A stretch of DNA of 64,000 nt from Camelus ferus (Eukaryota): NCBI RefSeq assembly GCF_009834535.1, contig NC_045696.1:97466001-97530000 (forward strand), read 5' to 3'. The notes under the pieces were generated by a model. The model had not been told where the DNA came from. It ran no database searches and saw only the letters and a list, made by a program, of their open reading frames with translations. Every line of letters begins with the position of its first letter. The first letter of the stretch is position 1. A program made the translations under genes and the position numbers. Of this stretch, positions 51,201 through 62,825 are shown in pieces.

Positions 51201-52426
51201 TGGGGCAACAGCCACTGGGCTAGGCAACCACATGGGCTGGACACTCCTGTGTAGAGAACACCTTGTAAAGTATGGGGAAAAGAAAAAAGAAAGTGAAGTC
51301 CTCTTACACTTGCCCTCAAAGAGCTTGCCGTCCTGTTCAGGAGTTGAGTCCATATGCAGTGCCAAAACTGTAGCGAACAGTGAGAAGGTACCTTACAAAT
51401 GGTTACGAGTACACCAGTGGGCGCTGGAAGAGGAACAGGCAAGGTCATGTAAGGATCATCATTCCCTCAACAAGGCATTATGACCTTAAGAGAAGCAATT
51501 CCATAAAGAAATGCAAGATGCATCTAGCCCTGCAGCTATTTACAATCCAGTTGTCAAGGCAAGAGATACTGAGGTAAAAGTTAAAATGTAATAGAATGCG
51601 GTGTTACATGTAATTATGTTTCAAGGGAGTGAAAAAGACTAGAGCAACCTGAATTTAGGGGAAAGGAGGGAGAGATTAACAAAGGCTTGACAGTGCAGTA
51701 GTTTCAAGCAGGGTTCAAAGAGATAGGTGAAGCAAGGGACGAGGCCAAATATGCTTGGATCAGAGCCTGGCTGGAGAGGATGAGGGACACAGTTGTGTAA
51801 AAATTAAGATCAGAAAGCTGTGAAGATGGCAGTGTGTCCTTGGATGCTGCATTGATAGCTCTGACCTTTACTCTTGTGGGTAGTTGTGCAAAGCTTGTGA
51901 GCCAGGAGATGACATCATGAAAATGGGAGTCCAGAAATGGGAGACTGGGGGCCAAGAAACCAACTAGGAGGCCACTGTGAGCCTCTGGAGATAAGGTCCT
52001 GTTGTGGGAGTGGGAAAGGAAGGATGGATGCGAGGGACACCAGAAGGAAGAACTGACAGTGCTTGCCACTGGTTGGATGTGGACAGAGAGGGAGGAGGGA
52101 CGGATGACTCAGGGAAGCTCTTGGTAGGAAGCATGTTGAGGGGAGGATTTGGAAGCTGGAAATCAGTCTTTGCAAGTGGAAAGGTTTACATCTTGGCAGG
52201 AGTCTACTCTTAATTGATTATCTAAAAAAACCTGTGGTGTTTCTCTGAGCTAGGCAGGCAGTAGGTATCATACTGATTTGAAATGACAAGACCAGGGAGT
52301 AACTCCTGGCTCACAGGATGGGAGAGTAGAAAAAAGTACTCTGATCTAGGGATACAAACTCGGCTGAATCCCAGTTTTTTTCTTTTCTTTTTTTCATGAA
52401 TTCATTTCACATACTTGGACAAAATA

Positions 52427-52923
52427 CAGGCAAAATACCTCAGATATTGCCAGTTTGGTTCCAGGCCACTGCAATAAAGCAAATATCACAATAAAGTGAG
52501 TTGCTTGATTTTTTGCAGGGGGGCGGTTTCCCCGTGCATAGAGAAGGTATGTTTATACTGTACTGTAGTCTGTTAAAAATGCAGTAACGCATAGAAGCAA
52601 AATAGTAAAACAAAACAAATCAATGTACATACCTTAATTAAAAAATACTTTATTGCTAAAAAATGCTAAACATGATGAGCCTTCAGCAAATTGTAATCTT
52701 TTTGCAGTAGTAGCGTCAAAGATCCCAATCACAGATCACCATAATGAATACAATAATAATGAAAAAGTTTGAAATATTGTGAGAAGTACCAAAATATGAC
52801 CGAGATACAATCTGAGCAAAAGCTGTTGGAAAAATGGCGCCGATAGACTTGCTGGGTTGCCACAAAACTTCAATTTGTAAAAAACACAGTATCTGTGAAG
52901 CACTGTAAAATGAGGTATTCCCG
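52427..52923 (-). mobile_element. Tigger1-derived internally deleted element (about 500 bp)
   Basis: TA at 52425-52426 and 52924-52925; inverted termini caggcaaaatacctc ... gaggtattcccg; both Tigger1 ends recognisable. Confidence 0.85.
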
Positions 52924-53084
52924 TACTTTAAAACTCATTGGGCGAGTCTCCTTATCTGTAAAATATGTCTATCTTTTCTGTGGGTCTCAGCCCAAATCGC
53001 AGCCATTATTTATTTAACACTTTAGCACGCAACATGATTTGTGTTAAGAACTTTATCTGATTTTTTTTTAATCCTTAGAATGTC

Positions 53085-53560
53085 CCGTCTGCATTTAAAA
53101 AATTTCCAAAGTTTAGTGGCTTAAAACAATTTTCATTTTATTTGCTCAAACTTTTACAATCTGGGCTGGACGAGGCTCTAAGTTTCTCTTGGTCTCTGCT
53201 GGTCACTGGTGGGGTTGCAGTCAGCTGGTGGGCTGGCTGGGGGCTGGGCTCAGCACGGATGCTGGATGGCTGTACTCCCTGTCTCCAGAAGTCTCTGGGC
53301 CTCTTCCTCTTCAAGCGGTTTCTCCAGCAAAGTGGTTGTACTTCTTACCTAGTGGCTCAGATCTCCCAAATGTACAAAAGCAGAAACTTCCACACCTTCT
53401 TAGGGGTTAAAAGAGGGAACTAGAGTGGCTGCACTGTCGCATTTTCCAAGTTAAGTTAAATCACTGGCTTAGTCCAGATTTAGATGGGAAGGTCTCCATA
53501 AGGGTGTGACCAACAGAAGGGTGGTCCACTGAGGGGCAGCAGTGTCACAGACTGCCACAA
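53085..53560. mobile_element. MLT1-like LTR
   Basis: tttagtggcttaaaacaa...ctgggctgg...ttctccagcaa...gactgccaca. Confidence 0.65.
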
Positions 53561-53688
53561 TACTATCTCTAACTTGTAAATGAATAATCTGTGACTTAGG
53601 GAGGTTAAATTACTCACCCAATATAGAGCAGAACTAGGCATTTCAAAGCTTGTGTTCTAAATCAGGGGGAGCAGATTAAATCTGTACA

Positions 53689-54024
53689 CAGTTGTCTCTT
53701 GGTATCAGGGGGGAGTTGGTTCAAGGCCCCCTCACCCCACCTCAAGATAGCAAAATCTGTGGATGCCCAAGTCTCTTATATAAAATGGCATAGGTTTTAT
53801 TTTATACAAAATGGTGTAGGTTACATATAACCTATGCACATCGTCCCATATACTTGAAATCATCTCTGCATGACTTATAATACCTAATACAATTAAATGC
53901 TATGTAAATAGTTGTGGTACTCCACAAATTCAAGTTTTGCTTTTTGGAAACTTCATGGAATCTTTTTTTTTCTTCTTTTTAATCCACAGTAGATGTGGAA
54001 CCCAAGGATACAAAGGGCTGACTG
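53689..54024. mobile_element. MER2-like Tc1/mariner-Tigger MITE
   Basis: Inverted ends cagttgtctcttggtatc ... gatacaaagggctgactg followed by TA; internal caaaatctgtggatgcccaagtc. Confidence 0.8.
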
Positions 54025-54535
54025 TAATTTGTTTTAACCTAGAATCCTGTGAGGTGGATACTGCTATTGTCCCTAACAATATTGTCCCTCCTTTATAAAA
54101 AGGAGGAAAACCAGGAGTAGTTGAAGTATCTTGCCTCAGATGACTCAGGTATTTTGCTCCAGCGATTGATTATACACTTACGTACTAACACTGTACTGCC
54201 TCTTAGGGGCATTATCCCATACAGACAAAGCATCAGTGAATGTTATTTAATCTGAAACTATTGTTTGAAGCACTGAAGCAAATCTCTTCAGCCATCCACT
54301 ATCATATCTTATAGACTGTTTGGGAACTGGGAGTTTTCCCTTTGAGCTATCATGTGATCAGGGCAATTTCCATTTCAGGCATCTACTCCGTCCCCTACTA
54401 TCTATTTCTTGAAGTTTGTCAAGGAATGACAGCATCCTTGCCCACCCAACTCCAACCGATTCTCCCTGACTGATTAACCTCATGGCTCCCTCAGTATTTT
54501 CCTCTTTTGTAGCAGCCAGGTACTCTTTATAAAGC

Positions 54536-54586
54536 AGGACCTTCCTTCTTGGGTGAGGACCTTCCTTCTTGGGTGAGGACCTTCCT
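54536..54586. repeat. 20-bp tandem repeat, about 2.5 perfect copies (aggaccttccttcttgggtg)
   Basis: Read directly. Confidence 0.95.
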
Positions 54587-55881
54587 GGAGTAGGGCTGGC
54601 CTCAAGTTTCCATCTATTAATTGTCAAGTGGCTTTTGAATTAGTAACCATCTTGGTCCCAGTCACTTCCTCTAGTTCCAAAGCTAATTTCCCCATTGTTG
54701 CAACGGTGGTGGCTTCTGACAACAGCTACAAAGATGCTGTTTCCCATGGAGTGACCTGTATTAGCTTCCTCTTCCCTCTGCTGGTCCTACGGGCAGGGGA
54801 CTTGCTGTTAGGGAAACAGCTCGAGTCCCCTGACAGAGCCATGCTCTGCTTCCCTTGGACAGTGATCCACGTGGTTGTCTTTCTCTCAGGCAGCCCTGAT
54901 TTTTCCCAGTCTTTGGGGAGTCTGGAATCAGAGCACACCCTCAAATACAGGTAATGAGGGGGCTCACTCAGGTGGCCTCTGTTCTGTTTTGGGCAGTGAC
55001 AGGGAGAAGCCATTCAGCGAATGTCACCCTCGCGCCCCCCACCCCCAAAGCCCGCCCCGTACTCCTACCTTTTCTAAAGCAGAACTGTCGGGTGGCCTTG
55101 TCTTTCCCGTAAACTTTCCTCCTTCAAAGAAACTCCAGATTTTTTTTTCTACCCTTATAAAAATGCTGAGGCACAATACTTGCATTTAATACAGTTTTAT
55201 TTCATTTAACAAACAGATACGTAGGCGGGCTGGGTGACTTCAAAGCGCTTTACATGTATTGCTTCATTTGACTTACTTCATAAACTCCTGTTTAAATGAA
55301 ATGGAGTCGGGTAGGGGCTTTCAGGAGCGTGACAACCTCGCAGCCACTCTCCCCTTCTCCCCAACTGGAGAGCGGGCAAGGGAAAAAAGGAATTGGGCCG
55401 CTCCGGGGGGCCAGGCCACCTCCCACTTTCCGCAGCTGTCTTGCGAGGCTAGATCTAGAAGCAGGGGGTCTCCACCCCTCGTTCAGTACCAGTCGGTGGG
55501 AGGGTGGGTGGCTTTTTCCGGGTCACTGGCGCACTCTCTCTACTCCCTGCCACCTGCTACGGTTCCATCCCGGCTCCAGGCTCTCTGGAGGGCGTCAGGG
55601 AAATTCCAATCCTCCCACTCCCCGCGCGGATGTCGCGGGAGGCGGGGGGGCGCGAATGCTCTCCCTTTCCAAAGCCCAGCATTAACCAGGTTTCTTCTCA
55701 ACCCCTGGTGACCTGAGCCACCCCAGAGAGGAAAAAAAAAAGATAAATGGTTTTAAAGCTGTTTGTTTACAATGAACCAGTTGGTGAAACCGCATCCCTA
55801 GCGACACAGGCACTTTCTGGGCACCGTCTGCGCACGAGCAGACAATTGAAAGCCAAACAGTCGAAATGCCTCCTCGCCAGA

Positions 55882-55891
55882 CCAAATATGG
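55882..55891. promoter_or_regulatory. CArG box (SRF site) CCAAATATGG
   Basis: Perfect CC(A/T)6GG in the WWTR1 promoter region. Confidence 0.75.
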
Positions 55892-56459
55892 TCACAAGCA
55901 CTAAGCAGCCTCCTGTGGAAAGGCTGGCCTCGTTGGTGTCTCCCCGCGCAGGGGCGCACCCGGGCCCGCCCTCAGGCAGAACCACCGAGCACTGCCGCGC
56001 TCCGGCGCTCCCCGTCTCGGCACTCGGCACCAAGAGAGGGCGCGGCACCCAGGACTGGCCCTTCCTCGGTCTGGGCCCCTCACCCGCGTGCCCTCTACCG
56101 CCCCCAGCCTTGGTTTCGGTCCACAAGCCCTTGATTAAACAGGCTTGGGCCACTTTCCCTTTGATCCCGCCCCCAAGTCCGTGGTAAACTCAAAGGAATG
56201 CATATCTAGGGCTCCGCGGGAGAGGTCCGCACGACCAGCACGAGTGGGTGGGGGGCACCCGTCTCCTCTTACCCTGCAAAGTACCCATCACGCCCAGGGT
56301 TTTCTGGAGCCGAGTGGAAGGAGGAGGAGGAGGAAGGGGAGGGACGAGCTGGGGCAGGCAGGCTCAGGACTTGGAGGTCATGCATAATTCAATAGCTCAA
56401 CTTTCGGGCCCGCCTCTTTCCTGGGAGTGGGAGTTTGCTCCAAACTTTGTTTATGGGAC

Positions 56460-56717
56460 AGTCCGGGAGCCGCGCCGGCCGCGCTGTCTGCTTCTCCTCC
56501 GCCTCCTCACGGAGCGAGAGCGCCTGAGGCCAGTTCGGGGGATGTGAGAGCCGAAGCCCCACGGCTTGCAGGCACCGAGTCGGTTCGGGAATTGCCAGCC
56601 GGGCCCCGGCTCCAGCCCAGCGAGCTCGGGACGCACCCGAGCGACCCAGGCCCGACGGCGAGTTCCGGCGGGACGGCGGCCGCCGCACGCCCACACTCGG
56701 CTTCGCTGCGCGCCCAG
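56460..56717 (+). other. WWTR1: Probable non-coding exon 1 (5'UTR) of WWTR1; start approximate
   Basis: Donor CAG|GTAGTG at 56718 inside the CpG island; the coding exon's acceptor lies only 3 nt before the ATG, so an upstream UTR exon is expected; TSS cannot be fixed from sequence. Confidence 0.6.
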
Positions 56718-57141
56718 GTAGTGCCCGCTGGCGCGCGCCCGCTCACCCGGCACAGCTCCAGGGTGCCTGGCTCCTCGGGCTTCCAGACTCGAGATGTCTT
56801 GGAGCTGGCTTAGGTTGAGACTTATCTGGGGGGCTGCCTGCCCTGGAACGTTTCGACCTGCCCTTTGCCATCAGCAGTTCAGCGGCGTCTCCAGTGCAGT
56901 TAATTCCCAGCCTTCCCCCGCCACCCCCTCGTTCCTGCTAACTTCTTCGCTTCAAGAGAGTTGCATAATTCTCGAGGCCAGGAGGGACCCCTCCCCCATG
57001 CGGCTGGTCTGACTGCTGAGTGTCTGGGATCCCGAGGCGGACACCTATCTGTCTCTTTTTCTTTTCTCTCGATTCTTCCCCCGTACCCACTTCTCCGACC
57101 TTAAATAAAAGCTGATCTGCCCTCCTTTCTCCTTGCAGAAG

Positions 57142-57572
57142 ATGAATCCGGCCTCGGCGCCCCCTCCGCTCCCGCCGCCCGGGCAGCAAGTGATCCACGT
57201 CACTCAAGACCTAGACACCGACCTCGAAGCCCTCTTCAACTCGGTGATGAACCCCAAGCCCAGCTCGTGGCGGAAGAAGATCCTGCCGGAGTCGTTCTTC
57301 AAGGAGCCTGATTCTGGCTCGCACTCGCGCCAGTCGAGCACCGACTCATCCGGCGGTCACCCGGGGCCCCGACTGGCCGGCGGCGCCCAGCATGTCCGCT
57401 CGCACTCGTCGCCCGCGTCCCTGCAACTGGGCACCGGCGCGGGCGCTGCGGGCAGCCAGGCGCAGCAGCACGCGCACCTCCGCCAGCAGTCCTACGACGT
57501 GACCGATGAGCTGCCGCTGCCCGCGGGCTGGGAGATGACCTTCACGGCAACTGGCCAGAGGTACTTCCTCAA
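57142..57572 (+). CDS. WWTR1: WW domain-containing transcription regulator 1 (TAZ), first coding exon, aa 1-143; gene continues beyond the window
   Basis: MNPASAPPPLPPPGQQVIHVTQDLDTDLEALFNSVMNPKPSSWRKKILPESFFKEP (TEAD-binding region), DSGSHS degron, LATS HxRxxS motifs at S66/S89/S117, start of WW domain; acceptor ctccttgcag| ends 57138, donor AA|GTAAGT at 57573. Confidence 0.98.
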
Positions 57573-60479
57573 GTAAGTCAACCTGGAGCCAAGGGGGCCA
57601 CAGAGTCACTATACCCAGGGCGCGCATGCTTATTCTTTTGCGTGTGATACTGTGTGTCAATGTGTGTCCTTCCACGGTTCTCGCCCAGGGATCTGGGAAG
57701 CTGGAAGTAGGGAGTAAGTCTCTGGGTTTGGAATTGTAAGGGATCAGAAACAGAGTCTGGTGAAGTTCTTCCAAGGTTCTAGAAGTCACAACAGATTCGG
57801 GACGTGAAAACGCTTAGACGTAAGAGGTGGGGAAAAGTAGTTTTGAAGGGATTCTTATGAAACACATAGATGACTATGCCCACAATCTGAAGTATTGTCA
57901 CAGACTCCTGGACACAAACTTTTACTCCTTTCCTGCCCACTCTAAGTTAGATAACTCAGAGCCTGGTCCATTGGGATGTGACCCCCAAGATACATGCTAG
58001 AAAACTTCTGAGGCTTGAGAAGGAGAGGGTCTTGGTGGTGTAGGTGGTCTGCGGTCATTCCATTCTTGGGAAAAGCAAGCTGGAAAAGTGAACATTGCCT
58101 AGTAGGCCTTTCTGCTACCAGCTGGGTGACGTACTGACCACACAGCATGGTGATGTAATTACCAACTGCGTGGTGAAGTAGTTGTGGGCTGGGCAAATCA
58201 ATTGTGTGGAAATTGGGTCAGGAGTTTTGTTATATCACATTTGGTAACCTAAAATACCATCAAATCAGGAGGCTGCTTTGTCATTCTTCTTCCCTTCACA
58301 TTGTTCGGGTTTTAATGTAATGAATTTTACATTTGTTGGGAATTAGACTGTATAGGAAAATATATTCACAGGCACAAAGAAGGTCGTTTTAATTGTGGTA
58401 CCCTCAAATAATTATATTCTGGAGGAGAAACCAAGCTGAAACTTGAAATGAAATCGGTAACGTCATGGAATAGTGGGGGTAAGGGTATCAGCAGCCTCTG
58501 CGGGAAGTCATCCCAGCTGGACCACTTGGTTCAGGATTGCTTGCACTGGCTGGCTGTTCCTGCTATGGAGAGAAACTCCTCTTGTAAGAACTTGCCTTAG
58601 ACTTTATTTTAAAGCCCATGTTTCTTTGGTTGAGTAGTCTTAGTTTAGAAGTAAGATGTTATATGCTATTTTAAAAAGAGCCTTTCTTTGCCACTAATAT
58701 TTGATACTTTGATTGCTATGAGAGGACCCTAATAACACATACACAGTAATGAATGAGGCTTATAATAGCCAACCCTTTGACTCATACTGGTGACCAGTTA
58801 CTCCTTCCCCATCCCAAAGCTGTTGACATCCTGTGCAAGGAGGAGTTCTTTATTTTGTTTCTAGGGTTGATGCAGTGCTGAGAAGCACTTGACCTGAAAC
58901 AGACTTGATGATTACTGTATTCCACAACTGGTCTTCTTCTGGTTATTGAGTGATAGTGTGGACACGTACTTGATTTCTAAATGGCTGGTGGAATTCAAGT
59001 ATGTGATGTAGTATCATGACATGTTCTAAAGGATGGCATTAGTATATATTACTATATAAAGGTCCAAAATAGCATCTTGTATTTACTTGTATTACTTAGG
59101 TAAATGCAGTTTTGAATTATTTTAATGTGACTTTTATAGAAATGGACTTAGTAATTAATACAAATAAAGGCCCAATAATTTATAATAATTTTGGGGGTAT
59201 ATTTTTGGTCCCAAATGATTTTTGAACCCTGTTTATAAATATATCCACACAAATATATATATGATCAGTAAAACTGGTTGTTAAAAATATGAAGTAAGAG
59301 TTGGGATTGCCTAGTATCTGAGGAAAGTTAGGGAAACAATCCCTAAACAAAAGCAAAACAAAAGAATTCCCTGTTATACACATGTTTTGAATAGTGGAGT
59401 AGCTCAAAACTATGTTTGTGAAACTAGGTTAAAAATGGAAGTTAGCCTGGGGTTTAGAGAAAGTTGATCTGATCCATCTGCCTTATCCCCCCCAGCTAAA
59501 GCCACTCCTCGATCCAAAGCTGGGTGCATCTTCATTTGGCTTTGGGTAGTCAGTGAAGACAACAGCTGGGAAAATGAGTAGGTAGTGGGCCTATAGGCCT
59601 GATCTGTTGCTATCCCTGGAAATTTTTTGGCCAAGTAGCTAAGGGAATTTAAGAAATTAAGTCATCGTGACTATTGTCTTTCAAGATAAGCAATCTGCCA
59701 AGAGTCTCTGCTCTGCGTTTCTTTTGGAGCTTTGTTTACAGTTGGAATATGGTAAATGTTATATGTCACACTTTGTCACAGAGCCTCAAAAGGCAATATA
59801 TTTTGGTGGATTTAAGGAGAAGCTTGGAAGATGGTGGCAACTGACCCTTAATTAATTTTCTTAAAACCTGCCCATGGCTTTGCTCCATCATCTGTGAAAT
59901 GGGGCTAGCAGTGGAATCCTATTCTTGATTCTGTCAGGATTTGAGGGCTTTATAAATCAGAAATCAAAGTATTTTGTAATTGACAAGATCTTTTTTGGCT
60001 AAAAAACTGAGGCCAGGGAAGGGTGACAATATGCTTTGGGATCGTCATGTCATTATTTAATGGTGGACCCTGGACTGGCCCTCTAATCTGTTGCCATCCA
60101 CTTAGGGCATAGTTTTCTGTTTTCCCCACTCCCACCTTTAATCCCCATGTCAGTTCCCCAGCTGAACAGTGAGCTTTATGGGAAATAAAGCCTGGACATC
60201 TAAAAAGCCTTAAAAAGCTTTTTGTCATTTTCTCAGGTAAGACTGTTCCTAAGTATATGATGCAATCACTTAGGCACCTTTTCTAAGCATTCACACCTTT
60301 CCTGTGATGTTAGGGTAGCATTTAACAATGGGGAGGATCGAATGTTAAAATGCATGGCCTCTGAAAACAACTGCATTGCTCCTGCTGTCTGCTGCAGCGA
60401 CTAAATCCGCCTAGGATGTGTAGGTGGTGGGCTCTTAGCAACTGGCACGCTGACTTTGAACATCAATCACATTAACATT

Positions 60480-61850
60480 AAAAAAAAATGCTGGTTGTAA
60501 ATGGAATATGTGTTTATTTGTACATAGAGCAGAACATAGAAAATTATAAAGAAGAAAATCACCTAGCTTCAGTAGAACTTTCCATTCTTTAGAAGAATTT
60601 TATTTGAAAAACATTTTATAAGGAAAAAAAATGTATCCCTACTCTTAAATACAATTCTAACAAAACCATTTGCCTGCTACTCCCATTTTTAGTAATAATT
60701 TTAGTGCTTTGCTTTTTCTGAAGTGTATGGTGGGAAATTATTTCTGTCAAAGTGATCTATATATACACTTGGTAACAAATCCAGTAACACAGAGTTACTT
60801 CTGTTGAAAACAGGGGTTTCCTTCACCTTCTCAAGGCTCACAGTGGGAAACTTTTGATTTTTTTTTTTTTTTTTTTTACTATTCCTGTGTTTAATTCTTA
60901 GATTGTCACCCTTTAACCCTAAGTAATGTGCTTTTACCACAACTTTTGATTTATCAACTTACACCTTCTGATAAGAAAGTGAGAAATGTAGCTCCTTAAA
61001 CTGTTTTTTCCCTTCCTCTCCCAAATTTGATATTTATATTATTTTTGGTTTGTGTATTAGGCCACCTTTTTTTACTTCTGGTAACTTTTGGTAAGTCCAG
61101 GAGGTTTGGGTGGCTATCAGTTCTACAGTTTGCTTTTTGTCAGTAACGCTTTAAATTCCGAAGCCCTGACCCCATAAAGATTTTGCGCTTGCCCCAGAAT
61201 GGACTTTTTTATTCATAAATTATTTTTAAAGTTGAAAGTCCATAGGCAACACTTATATTATTAAAATTCTAAATATAATTTTTGCCTTGTGTATTGAGAT
61301 TGGATCCTAGACTTACACACTGGATTTGGTGTCAAGACTCCTGGGCCACTCAAAGGAGAATATATCCAGCACTGTATTCAGCACCAAAGTGAAATAGATC
61401 CTTTCTTTCCACTCTTTATCAGTTGTTCAAAATTGTATCACCTTTAATTTCCTCATATCTGGACCTTGACTCTCTTAAACATTTTTTTCTAGTGTTGCTA
61501 ACTGCCTTCTTATATGTTTATATATTATTTATCTTTATTATGACTTCAAAATTTTCTAGGCTCTCAATCCCCTCAGTTCTATCAAGTCTCCTTTCCCCAA
61601 GCTTTTGTGTCCAGATTCCTTCATCTTCTCTGTGCCATTCTGATTGCTCTCTAGGCCTACAACAGAGTTGTCATCCTAGGACTGACTTTATTTCTCTCTG
61701 TGGCTAGAGTTCTGTTTCCTTTTCTCATGTCTTCCTCTTTTTTGGATTATGCCCTCATTTTGCTGGGGTACATTCTTGAGTAACTTCTTAAGAAATGTTT
61801 GTGGGAGGTGAATTTTTCAAAGCCTTTTCAATTAGAAAATATTTATTTAA
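60480..61850 (-). mobile_element. Old L1M-like fragments in WWTR1 intron
   Basis: T-rich degenerate L1-type text; recognised by eye. Confidence 0.45.
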
Positions 61851-62609
61851 AAAGTTGGTTTTAAATTTATTTTTCTTAAGAAAGAATTGCCTCTGGCTGG
61901 TCTTTTCAGTTTACCTTTGGATGCCTCTGACAATGTAGTTGTTTTCATAAAGAGCCTTTTCTCATTCATAGAAATTGCCTGCTGCCTCAGTGTCCTTGTC
62001 TGTAAAATGAGGATAGTAATACCTATTTCATGTATTTTGAAAGATTAGATAACATACTTGAAGTATCTGGCTTCATAGTAGACTTTCAGTACAAGTTCGT
62101 TCTTGCCTCTCTCTCCACACTTATGCACTCTGTCTACCTGACCAAAATCAGATTGCAGGGACCTTGGTAGTAGGATTAGTTAATTTTGATTGGTTATGGC
62201 TCTGAATGACAGACTGGATCTGGAATTGCAAGTCAGTTTTTAAAATTTAAAATAAGAACTGAGAGTCGATTTTTTTTTTGTTAAAAAACCTAAATAGGAA
62301 TGCCCACCACCGAATCCCTTTTGCTTCAGCATCTTGGGCAGAAGATCCCCAGCCCCTTCTGAGGAGGGTCTGCTTTCTGATTTTGGAAATCTGGCTGGTA
62401 GCTCCTAGCTGAGTGGATTTTGTGTATGGGATGGGGTGTGGAGTGGGGATGGGATCAAGAAGTGGGGCTAGATGAGGAGAGGAGGTAATTGACTTTTGTT
62501 TGTAACTTACTTTACGCCAGAGGAGGCAGGGAGCTGAGTCAGTGCTTCTCAGAGAGACAGCACCAGAATCACCCACGGAGCACACCCCTGCCTGACACAT
62601 GTGAATGGA

Positions 62610-62825
62610 AACTTTATTCATAACCCCAGGTGCTTTCACACATATTAGTTCTTTTAACCCTCACAGTGACCTGTGAACAGGTACAGATTGTTATCTCATT
62701 TTTCTTTTGAGGAAACTGAGGCACACTGCAGTTGAGTAAATGGCCCAGGGTCACATAACAGGCAGAGATGGGATGAGGATTATGTGATTCTGAAACCTGT
62801 ACTCCCGCCCTTATACCATGCTGCC
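62610..62825 (-). mobile_element. MIR SINE
   Basis: gaggaaactgaggcacac...gagtaaatggcccagggtcaca MIR core. Confidence 0.8.

Larger units (their letters stand above)
55000..57650. promoter_or_regulatory. WWTR1: CpG island / promoter region of WWTR1
   Basis: High GC and CpG density spanning promoter, exon 1 and first coding exon; several GC boxes. Confidence 0.9.

Noticed and set aside
55259..57012. Many 60-150 aa ORFs across the WWTR1 promoter
   Set aside because: Expected in GC-rich sequence; mostly non-ATG starts and no homology recognised.
57573..57576. Stop codon ending the 147-aa WWTR1 ORF (...YFLK*)
   Set aside because: The TAA is part of the GTAAGT splice donor; it is not a truncation or pseudogene.
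57346..57789. 147-aa minus-strand ORF / possible antisense transcript (cf. human WWTR1-AS1)
   Set aside because: Shadow frame of the GC-rich coding exon; an antisense RNA cannot be supported from sequence alone.
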